Source of the DNA: an uncultured Clostridia bacterium | GTDB taxonomy: Bacteria; Bacillota; Clostridia; Oscillospirales; Ruminococcaceae | Reading direction: 5' to 3' | Length of the DNA: 64,000 nucleotides | Assembly: GCA_947629905.1 (NCBI GenBank) | Contig: CANRFM010000008.1 | Coordinates: forward strand, 5,811-69,810 | Shown here: one piece after another, positions 25,421 through 33,687 of the stretch | Position numbering within the stretch: position 1 is the stretch's first letter | How the letters are laid out: the number at the start of each line of letters is the position of its first letter | Notes under the pieces: generated by a model | Told to the model about the DNA's origin: nothing | The model's database searches: none | Seen by the model: the letters and a program-made list of their open reading frames with translations, nothing else | Program-made: the position numbers and the translations under genes

Positions 25421-28400
25421 ATGAAAAAATTCTGTATGGGCTGTATGGAGCAGTATGATGAAGAATTTGAAGTATGTCCATTTTGCGGGTATGTAGATGG
25501 GACAACGGATGAAGATGCATTACATATCACGCCCGGAGAGATCCTGCATGAACGGTATATCGTTGGAAAAGTGATCGGTTTCGGGGGCTTTGGCGTTACT
25601 TATATCGGATGGGATGCTCTTTTAGAGCATAAGATCGCAGTAAAGGAATATATGCCCAGTGAGTTTTCAACAAGAGCCATGGGCACAAAAGAGGTAACTG
25701 TTTTCGGCGGGAAGAAGACCGAACAATTCAACAGCGGTCTGAAAAAATTCCACGAAGAAGCACACAAGCTTGCAAAATTCAACACGGATGATGGTATCGT
25801 GCGTGTTTATGATACATTTGAGGAGAACAACACCGCATACATCATCATGGAACTGTTAGAAGGGCAGACTTTAGCTTCGTACCTCCAGCAGGAAGGTAAG
25901 ATCCCCTATGAAAAGGCGGTCTCTATCATCCTGCCGATCGCACAGGCATTGAAGGATGTCCATGCTGCCGGTGTGATCCACCGTGATATTGCCCCGGACA
26001 ATATTTTTCTGACAAAGGATGGAAAAGTAAAGCTGATCGATTTTGGTGCGGCACGTTTTGCAACCACATCTCACAGCCGAAGTCTGTCCGTTCTGATCAA
26101 GCAGGGCTACTCACCGGAAGAACAGTACAGAAGCCGGGGAGATCAGGGCGCTTATACAGATGTATATGCTTTAGGTGCTGTGCTCTATCGGATGATCACC
26201 GGTGAAACACCGCCGGATGCTTTGGAACGCCGTGCTTTTTTAGAAAACAAGAAGAAAGATATTCTGCTCCCGATCACGAATTTTGCGAAAGATGTGCCAG
26301 AAAATATACAGGCAGCAATTTACAACGCAACAAATGTGCGCATTGAGGACCGCACACAGTCAGCGGATGAACTGATCGAAGAACTGACAACAGATCAACC
26401 GGTAAAACGGAAGAAAGGGAAGATCAAGGCAATAGATTTTCTGCGGTGGCCTTTATGGGCTAAGATCACTTTCCCCTCTCTTGCGGTACTGGTCATCACA
26501 TTGAGTGTATTATTTGCAACCGGCGTGATCGGATTTAAGAATTTTATCAAAGAAAAGATCTATGTCCCGGAGGGAATGGCAAGAGTTCCCTCGATCGTTA
26601 GTTCCAATATAGAAAGCGCAGATGACAGATTAGAAAAAGCAAATTTGCTGTACAGCATTTCCGGAAAAGAATATTCTTCGCTGATAGATGCCGATCTGAT
26701 ATTGTCTCAGAGCGTCAGCGGCGGCTCAGTAGTCTTACAAAATACGATCATCGACCTTATCATCAGCGGCGGTGCTGAAACGGCAGCCGTTCCGAATATT
26801 ATCGGAATGCCCCAAGACAGCGCAGCAGCGCTATTGGAAGAGTCAGGATTTCTGTACAAGATCGAATATGAATTCAGTGAAGCGATCGCAGAAGGCGGCA
26901 TCATCCGTCAAAGCGTTGCGCCGGATTCGGATTATCCGGTCGGCAATGAGATCACCATAACGGTCTCTAAAGGAAGAGATCCGGATCAGGAATATGAAGA
27001 GATCATGGTAAGTGTACCTGATTTTACAGGTCTGACCTATGATGAGGCATTAAAACTTGCGCAGGAACATCAGCTAATCATTATTGCAAAAGAAAAGGCT
27101 TACAGTGCTGAATTTGCAAAAGATACCGTAATGGGGCAAAGTGTTACGGCAGGCTCTGAGATCCTGAGCGGCAATACTGTGGAGCTTACTGTTTCACTTG
27201 GTATCCATATTATCAAGATCCCGGATGTGGTCTATAAAACAGAACAGGATGCCGTTAAAATACTGGAGGGGAACGAATTAAAGGCAAGCATCACCTATGA
27301 GAACAGTGAAACGATCAAGGCTGGACTTGTCATTTCGCAATCCCCCGGCAATGGCGCTGAAGCTTCCGCCGGAGATACCGTTACACTGGTCGTAAGTAAA
27401 GGCGGTACTGCTTTCAATATGCCCAATGTGGTTGGCATGGATGAAAACAGCGCCCGCACACTTTTAACGGGAAAAGGACTGTCGGTAACGGTCGCTTACG
27501 AATACAGCACCTCCACAGCTGCGGGCAATGTTCTGAAACAGAGCATTTCCGCAAATAGTTCTGTCAATCTCGGAACAGCCGTTCAGATCACCGTAAGCAG
27601 CGGAGAGGAACTCCTACAGGTCGCCAATGTCGTTGGCATGGCACAGAAAGATGCGGCAAACGCATTGAAAAATCAAGGCTTTACAGTTAAGGTCAATGAA
27701 AATTACAGCGAAACTGTAGAAAGCGGCAAGGTCATCAGTCAGTCACCGGAAGCAGGCTCCTCTCAGATCAAGAACACCATTGTTCTGTTGACAGTAAGCA
27801 AGGGCAAAGCTCCCATTGAAGTTCCGGATGTGACCGGTGTATCTCAGTCAAACGCTGAGTCTACAATGAAAGCCCTGAAACTTAACGTGAGCATTACAAA
27901 AGAATACAGCGAAACTGCCAGCTACGGCTCTGTCATTTCTCAAGATCCTCCTGCCGGTTCAAAAGCATACAGCGGCGATACGGTCAAACTTGTGATCTGT
28001 AAAGGAAGAGAGCCGGTCACGATCCCGAATGTAGTCGGGATGGACAGTGACACAGCCGCATCAAAGCTTGCAGACCTTGGATTTGTTGTGACCACGACAA
28101 AGCAATACAGTGACAGTGTAGCATCCGGGAAAGTCATTTCTCAATCGCCGGAAAGCGGCACGGGCTACAAGAACGATACGATCAGAATCGTAGTAAGTAA
28201 AGGAAAGTCCCCGGTCGCTCCTTCTGCCATCACTTTAGATCAGTCGAGTGTGACGCTGTATGTCGGCAGGATCAATTCCGCAGCGCAGCTCAGCGCAACA
28301 ATAACGCCGTCTAATGCAAGTGATAAAACGGTATCCTGGACTTCAAGCGACGAAAAGATCGCTGCTGTGACCTCAAATGGTTTTGTTTCCGCTGTAAGCG

Positions 28401-29731
28401 CAGGCACTGCTACGATCACTGCTGTGACCAATACAGGCGGGAAAAAGGCAGTATGTACAGTAAAAGTAATACAGCCCACGCTTACTCTTGATGTTTCGGG
28501 TGCAAATGTAACTGCCGGGATCAGTTACACGATCCAATGTACCTATAGTCCCACAAGCCAAAATATTACATGGAGCTCAAGTGATCCCAATGTGGCGAAA
28601 GTGGATAATGGAAAAGTTACCGCTGTTTCCCCCGGTGAAGCTGTGATCACTGCGGTCTCTGATTACGGCGTTTCCGCTTCATCCCAGATAACGGTAGAGG
28701 AAAGCGAGATATTCTCTTTTGACAAAACAAGTTTTTCGATCGTCGAAGGGGAAAAGGTCAACATCGGTTTGCACGTTGATGCACATGGTGTACTCAATGG
28801 CAGCAAGGGAGAGACAACTATCACCCCAACGGTCACAATGGCTTCTTCCTCCATTGCTGCATTCCAGCTATCCGGGAATAACGGTTACATCCAAGGCATA
28901 ATACCGGGTGAAGAAACACTCAGTTTCTCCTGCTGCGGAAAAACGATCCCGATCCGTTTAACTGTCCGGGCAAAATCGGTCTCAGAGATCTCTGTACTTT
29001 CCGGTCCGACCAAGGTCGATTATGAAAAAGGCGATACTTTAGATACTACAGGTCTTGTTTTGGATGTAAAATACGATAACGGAACATCCGAAACAGTAAA
29101 TTCCAATATTTCCTGTGATCCAGCCATACTGGATCAAGTCGGAACACAGGTAATAACCGTAGAGTATGGCGGCAAACAGACCACATTCACTGTAAATGTC
29201 AAGGAGAGCAGCTATGCAGCAGGAAATTGCGGTGATACCTGCTATTGGAAATTAAACAAAGCAAGCGGCGAACTGACCATCAGCGGAACAGGGCAAATGC
29301 AAACAAGCGCTTATGGTTATCCATGGGATGACTATAAAAACCTGATCACATCTGTAATTATAGAGGAGGGAGTAACTGCACTGGGCGATTATGCCTTTGT
29401 AGACTGTACCAAAATAACAAATGTCGCCTTTCCTGATTCTTTGAAGGGGATCCCAGAAGGTGCATTCCAAAATTGCATGGGATTAACTGCCATTACATTA
29501 GGTCCCAATATTGAATATATCCGAAGTGAAGCATTTATTTTCTGTCCCTACCTTGTCAACATCACAATACAAAATCCAACGTGTGATATAAGCGATACAT
29601 TCATTGCTAATTCGTATAAATATTACGGGACGGATGTTTATGTCATGGATCCGGTCATTTATGGATATTCCAATTCGACCGCCCAGCAGTTTGCGGATGC
29701 TTGCGGTTACACATTCAGTGCTTTAGACTAA
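25421..29731 (+). CDS. Hanks-type kinase 3: zinc ribbon, kinase domain, TM, about 8 PASTA repeats, Ig-like (Big_2-type) domains, LRR-like C-terminus
   Basis: Motifs are CMGCMEQYDEEFEVCPFCG, GFGGFGVTYIG, IAVKEY, IHRDIAPDNIF and IDFGAAR. The TM is AKITFPSLAVLVITLSVLFATGVIGF. There are eight ~65-aa units of the type VPNVVGM..D.A...L...GF......YS..V..G.VISQSP..G. Ig-like units such as ITPSNASDKTVSWTSSDEKIAAV follow. The C-terminus is BspA-type LRR-like (VTALGDYAFVDCTKITNVAFPDSLKGIPEGAFQNC). Confidence 0.85.
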   Translation: MKKFCMGCMEQYDEEFEVCPFCGYVDGTTDEDALHITPGEILHERYIVGKVIGFGGFGVTYIGWDALLEHKIAVKEYMPSEFSTRAMGTKEVTVFGGKKTEQFNSGLKKFHEEAHKLAKFNTDDGIVRVYDTFEENNTAYIIMELLEGQTLASYLQQEGKIPYEKAVSIILPIAQALKDVHAAGVIHRDIAPDNIFLTKDGKVKLIDFGAARFATTSHSRSLSVLIKQGYSPEEQYRSRGDQGAYTDVYALGAVLYRMITGETPPDALERRAFLENKKKDILLPITNFAKDVPENIQAAIYNATNVRIEDRTQSADELIEELTTDQPVKRKKGKIKAIDFLRWPLWAKITFPSLAVLVITLSVLFATGVIGFKNFIKEKIYVPEGMARVPSIVSSNIESADDRLEKANLLYSISGKEYSSLIDADLILSQSVSGGSVVLQNTIIDLIISGGAETAAVPNIIGMPQDSAAALLEESGFLYKIEYEFSEAIAEGGIIRQSVAPDSDYPVGNEITITVSKGRDPDQEYEEIMVSVPDFTGLTYDEALKLAQEHQLIIIAKEKAYSAEFAKDTVMGQSVTAGSEILSGNTVELTVSLGIHIIKIPDVVYKTEQDAVKILEGNELKASITYENSETIKAGLVISQSPGNGAEASAGDTVTLVVSKGGTAFNMPNVVGMDENSARTLLTGKGLSVTVAYEYSTSTAAGNVLKQSISANSSVNLGTAVQITVSSGEELLQVANVVGMAQKDAANALKNQGFTVKVNENYSETVESGKVISQSPEAGSSQIKNTIVLLTVSKGKAPIEVPDVTGVSQSNAESTMKALKLNVSITKEYSETASYGSVISQDPPAGSKAYSGDTVKLVICKGREPVTIPNVVGMDSDTAASKLADLGFVVTTTKQYSDSVASGKVISQSPESGTGYKNDTIRIVVSKGKSPVAPSAITLDQSSVTLYVGRINSAAQLSATITPSNASDKTVSWTSSDEKIAAVTSNGFVSAVSAGTATITAVTNTGGKKAVCTVKVIQPTLTLDVSGANVTAGISYTIQCTYSPTSQNITWSSSDPNVAKVDNGKVTAVSPGEAVITAVSDYGVSASSQITVEESEIFSFDKTSFSIVEGEKVNIGLHVDAHGVLNGSKGETTITPTVTMASSSIAAFQLSGNNGYIQGIIPGEETLSFSCCGKTIPIRLTVRAKSVSEISVLSGPTKVDYEKGDTLDTTGLVLDVKYDNGTSETVNSNISCDPAILDQVGTQVITVEYGGKQTTFTVNVKESSYAAGNCGDTCYWKLNKASGELTISGTGQMQTSAYGYPWDDYKNLITSVIIEEGVTALGDYAFVDCTKITNVAFPDSLKGIPEGAFQNCMGLTAITLGPNIEYIRSEAFIFCPYLVNITIQNPTCDISDTFIANSYKYYGTDVYVMDPVIYGYSNSTAQQFADACGYTFSALD

Positions 29732-29821
29732 AAGCGATCCCGATGCAGTTCCCGGCAGTTTTGAGCCTTGTGGAGACAAAAGACAGTTTGTCCTGTCAGA
29801 TATTATGAGAAGATCGGCACA

Positions 29822-29862
29822 GAGAGTTACCTCTGTGCCGATCCTTTTCTTTATCTATCAGC
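29822..29862 (+). terminator. Rho-independent terminator closing the long + strand gene run
   Basis: A 13-bp perfect stem gatcggcacagag / ctctgtgccgatc is followed by cttttcttt. Confidence 0.75.
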
Positions 29863-29986
29863 ATTTAACAGGGGCGGATAACGGCAAGCATTGACAAAGC
29901 AGATTTGCAGGTGAGATTTTTTGATCATGTACAGAAACGTACATTTTTCCCCCTATTCCGGCTTACTTACGAAAGGGGGTCAGGCA

Positions 29987-30301
29987 ATGGAACAAAAAAC
30001 GAAACTGGTTCTGGACGGGCTGGAGAAGCTTGCTTTCGGGCGTGTCAACGATGCAGTGCGGCTTGCCTTTGCGGATGAGATGCCGTCGCAGGCGGTGCTG
30101 TCCCGGATGAATCTGTTTAACGTTTCCTCGATCAAGCGGGTCAAGGGCGGCGGTGTGGAAATTCAGTTCTTCGACAGGCAGAAGGCACTGGAAAAGCTGT
30201 ACGACTTTGCCCATGCGGGGGAAAACGGCGCTGCGGCGGAAAGTCTCCTCGAAGCGCTGACGGGGGAGGATGCGGATGCGGTTCAGCAGGTTCTCCCCTA
30301 A
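29987..30301 (+). CDS. Phage terminase small subunit-like
   Basis: AAGGGGG lies upstream of the ATG at 29987. The protein is ~105 aa, and its end motif VEIQFFDRQKALEKLYDF resembles the conserved C-terminal block of small terminases. It is positioned upstream of terL. Confidence 0.55.
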   Translation: MEQKTKLVLDGLEKLAFGRVNDAVRLAFADEMPSQAVLSRMNLFNVSSIKRVKGGGVEIQFFDRQKALEKLYDFAHAGENGAAAESLLEALTGEDADAVQQVLP

Positions 30302-31526
30302 ACAAAAGCTCTGCCTGAAATGGTGGGCGATGCCGGAACTGCGGCAGTATGATGCGCTGATCTGTGACGGGGCAGTCCGCAGCGGCAAGACGCTTGCGAT
30401 GTCGCTGGGGTTTCTGTTCTGGGCGCAGGCTTGTGCGGACGGAGGGACGTTTGCGCTATGCGGTAAGACCATAACTTCCCTGCGGCGGAATGTCGTCCGT
30501 CCGCTTCAGGCGGTGCTGGAGGACTGCGGCTTTGATGTGCGGGAGAGGGTGAGCAAGAATTACCTCGATGTGACGGCGTTCGGGCACTGCAACCGGTTTT
30601 ACCTGTTCGGGGGGAAGGATGAAAGCTCGGCGGCGCTCATTCAGGGGATGACGCTGGGGGGCGTGTTCTTTGATGAAGTCGCTCTGATGCCACGTTCCTT
30701 TGTGGAACAGGCGATCGCACGGTGTTCGGTACGGCAGGCGAAGCTCTGGTTCAACTGCAATCCGGAGCACCCCTATCACTGGTTCTACCGGGAATGGATC
30801 TGCAAAGCGAAAGAAAAGCGTGCCCTGCACCTGCACTTCACCATGGAGGACAATCCCTCTCTGCTGGAGAGTGTAAAAGCACGCTACCGGAGAATGTACG
30901 GGGGGATGTTCTATGACCGCTTTGTCCTCGGCAAATGGACTGCACCGACAGGGCTGGTCTATCCGATGTTCGATGCAAGGCGGCACGTGACAAATGAGCT
31001 GCCGGAACGGTGTGACAGGTATGTGATCTCCTGCGACTACGGAACGATCAATCCTACTTCCATGGGACTGTGGGGCGAATCGGGCGGAGTCTGGTACAGG
31101 CTGCGGGAATACTACTATGCCGCAAGGAAAGAGGGCATTTCCCGTACCGATGAGCAGCACTATGCGGGGCTGGTACAACTCGCAGGGGAATTTCCGGTGG
31201 AGTGCGTCATTGTGGATCCGTCGGCGGCAAGCTTCATTGCGTGCATTGCGGCGCACAGGCAGTTCCGGGTCATTCCGGCTGACAATGCTGTGCTGACGGG
31301 GATCCGGCAGGTGAGTGAAGCCCTGCAGCAGGACAGGCTGCGGTTCTCGGCGGGGTGCAGCGACATCCTGCGGGAGTTCGGGCAGTATTGCTGGAAAGAG
31401 GACAGCGCCGGGGATGTTCCGAAAAAAGAAAACGACCATGCGATGGATGATATGCGCTATTTTGTCAGCACCATGCTGCATGGCACACAGAAAGAGGATT
31501 TTGTGGCGATCACAGTCGGGAGGTGA
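30270..31526 (+). CDS. Phage terminase large subunit (PBSX-type)
   Basis: Walker A is DGAVRSGKTLAMS and Walker B is GVFFDEVALM. The C-terminal nuclease block is DHAMDDMRYF. The gene overlaps terS by 32 nt. Confidence 0.85.
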   Translation: MRMRFSRFSPKQKLCLKWWAMPELRQYDALICDGAVRSGKTLAMSLGFLFWAQACADGGTFALCGKTITSLRRNVVRPLQAVLEDCGFDVRERVSKNYLDVTAFGHCNRFYLFGGKDESSAALIQGMTLGGVFFDEVALMPRSFVEQAIARCSVRQAKLWFNCNPEHPYHWFYREWICKAKEKRALHLHFTMEDNPSLLESVKARYRRMYGGMFYDRFVLGKWTAPTGLVYPMFDARRHVTNELPERCDRYVISCDYGTINPTSMGLWGESGGVWYRLREYYYAARKEGISRTDEQHYAGLVQLAGEFPVECVIVDPSAASFIACIAAHRQFRVIPADNAVLTGIRQVSEALQQDRLRFSAGCSDILREFGQYCWKEDSAGDVPKKENDHAMDDMRYFVSTMLHGTQKEDFVAITVGR

Positions 31527-31529
31527 CAT

Positions 31530-32678
31530 ATGCGATTCGGAAAGAAAAAAGAAAAGCTGCCGCTGCCGCAGGTGCAGACGGCAGCAAGAGAGCAGCTCTG
31601 TGAAACACCGGTACAGCTTTACAGCTATGCCTTGTTTGACAAGGTGCGGCGGACTGTGCCGATCGTGGATGCGGCGCTCTCGAAACTGGTGCGGCTGATC
31701 GGGTCATTTACCGTCAAATGCGGTGATGCTGCTCAACAGGCAGGGTTAGACCACTTTCTGCAGGAAGTACCGGTGGGGCTGACGGGGCAGTCGATCTACA
31801 GCTTTATTGACTGCTATTTAGACAGTCTTTTGGTCTGCGGCAATGCGGTCGGGGAAATTGTTCCCGGCAAGGGAAACCGCTGTATTGCCGGGCTGTGGAA
31901 CGGCAATGCTGCGGACATTATCGTCCGCCCCGGTGCTGCACCGCTCGAACGGCAGTACCTGCTGCGCACGCCGGACGGGGAACAGCTGCTCCCGCACCCG
32001 GAACGGATCCTGTTTTCTGCTTTGAAACCGCCGCCGGGCGGCATTTACGGGGTATCTGTCTTACAGGGGCTGCCGGTGTTTGCAGATATTCTGCTGCGCA
32101 TTTATGAATGCGTGGGGCAGAACTTCGACAGGGCTGGCAATATCCGCTATGCGGTGACGTATAAGCCGTCCGGTGATCCGACGGAGGCTGCCTATGCGGC
32201 TGACCGGGCGAAAACCATTGCACGGGAATGGTCGGAGGGGATGCAGGCTGCCCGGCGGGGGGAGATACGGGATTTTGTTTCAGTCGGGGATGTGGACATT
32301 AAGGTGATCGGCGCTGAGGGGTCGATGCCGGACACGGAAATACCTGTCCGGCAGCTCCTCGAACAGATGCTGTCAAAGCTCTCTGTACCGCCGTTTCTGC
32401 TCGGGCTGAGCTGGTCCTCGACGGAACGGATGTCGGCGCAGCAGGCGGATATTCTCACTTCGGAGCTGGAATATTACCGGAGACTGCTTGAGCCGGTCAT
32501 CTGCCGCATTGCACAGGCGTATTTGCAGCTTTCAGGCACTTACACGACAGTCGAAGTCGTGTGGGACAATATCAATTTACAGGATGAAGTGGAGCTTGCA
32601 AGGGCAAGACTCTACAACGCACAGGCAGCAGAGGCGGAACAGGCACTCTCTGCCGTACAGCAGAAGGAGGAATTGTAA
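31530..32678 (+). CDS. Phage portal protein
   Basis: The protein is 382 aa and lies immediately after terL. GGGAGG is the SD. The call rests on size and position, and the sequence feel is consistent with HK97-type portals. Confidence 0.65.
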   Translation: MRFGKKKEKLPLPQVQTAAREQLCETPVQLYSYALFDKVRRTVPIVDAALSKLVRLIGSFTVKCGDAAQQAGLDHFLQEVPVGLTGQSIYSFIDCYLDSLLVCGNAVGEIVPGKGNRCIAGLWNGNAADIIVRPGAAPLERQYLLRTPDGEQLLPHPERILFSALKPPPGGIYGVSVLQGLPVFADILLRIYECVGQNFDRAGNIRYAVTYKPSGDPTEAAYAADRAKTIAREWSEGMQAARRGEIRDFVSVGDVDIKVIGAEGSMPDTEIPVRQLLEQMLSKLSVPPFLLGLSWSSTERMSAQQADILTSELEYYRRLLEPVICRIAQAYLQLSGTYTTVEVVWDNINLQDEVELARARLYNAQAAEAEQALSAVQQKEEL

Positions 32679-33643
32679 TGTACAACGAAACAAAACTCGA
32701 AAAGGGACTGTATCACCTTGCGAACAAGAGCTTTTTGCAGGCGCTCGAAGAGGCAGACCCGGATGTGCAGTATGCGGGTACACCGCTCGGAAAGCTCGAT
32801 GCCTATGAACGGCAGCTCAAGCGGTTTGACATTCGTGTCAGCGGTCCGCTGTGTGACAGGGTGGAGAAATTCTTTACCACAACGGAAAGCGCCGTGCTGT
32901 TTCCGGAATTCGTGCGCAGGGCTGTGATGCAGGGCATGGAGGATTCTGTGCTCGGAGACATTACGGCTGTAGTCTCCCGCAGTGAGTCGAACCGCTATCA
33001 GGGTATTGATCTGACGGATACGGCTGCCTATACGACGACAAATGCCGGGGTGGAAATGCCGGCTTCTTCCATCGGGGAATGCACGGATGCGATCACCCTC
33101 ACGAAATATGGCAGACTTGTCAAGGCGACCTATGAGGCTGTCCGTCAGCAGAGACTGGATGTGTTCGCTCTCATGCTGCGCAGGGTCGGAAAGTGTTTGG
33201 CGGATGCGATGCTTTCTGCGGCTTTGAACGTCCTGAAAACCGGGGCAACTTCCGTAACGACTGCCGCTTCAACGCTGACTTATGGGGATGTTGCGGGGCT
33301 GTACGGGAGTTTCAAGAGCTTTTCTTTGCAGGCGGTGCTGGCTTCTCCGGCGGTCATTGCGCAGATCTTGGCTATGACGCAGATGGAGCATACGAGTGCA
33401 GCGGATGCCAAAGACCTGCGCCTGCCGTTCGGGGCAAGGCTGATCTGCTGTCCGCAGCTGGACGACAAGACGGTGCTTGGGCTGGATACGGATTTTGCGC
33501 TGGAGCAGATCCAGAGCAGTGATGTGGTTCTGGAGACGGACAAGCTCATTGACAGACAGCTTGACTGCATTGGCATTTCTGTGAATATCGGCTTCCGCAG
33601 ACTGATGAAGGATGCGGTGCAGGTCGTGACCATTCAGGCGTAA
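32678..33643 (+). CDS. Major capsid protein-like (HK97 fold type, no obvious delta domain)
   Basis: There is a TAATG overlap with the portal gene. The block ITLTKYGRLVKATYEAVRQQRLDVFALMLRRVGKCLADAMLSAAL resembles the conserved MCP core pattern. Confidence 0.55.
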   Translation: MYNETKLEKGLYHLANKSFLQALEEADPDVQYAGTPLGKLDAYERQLKRFDIRVSGPLCDRVEKFFTTTESAVLFPEFVRRAVMQGMEDSVLGDITAVVSRSESNRYQGIDLTDTAAYTTTNAGVEMPASSIGECTDAITLTKYGRLVKATYEAVRQQRLDVFALMLRRVGKCLADAMLSAALNVLKTGATSVTTAASTLTYGDVAGLYGSFKSFSLQAVLASPAVIAQILAMTQMEHTSAADAKDLRLPFGARLICCPQLDDKTVLGLDTDFALEQIQSSDVVLETDKLIDRQLDCIGISVNIGFRRLMKDAVQVVTIQA

Positions 33644-33687
33644 GCGGGGCGGGGGCTTTTGCTCCCGTCTCCGGAAAGGAGGCAGCT

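Noticed and set aside
29735-29986. Possible att site or promoter at the left edge of the phage-like module (TTGACA at 29891).
   Set aside because: No acceptable -10 lies at 16-18 nt, and I found no direct repeat shared with the right edge (36576-36680).
30456-31529. 357-aa minus-strand ORF.
   Set aside because: It is antisense to the terminase large subunit gene. It has a P/R/H-rich low-complexity translation and is a shadow ORF of a GC-rich gene.
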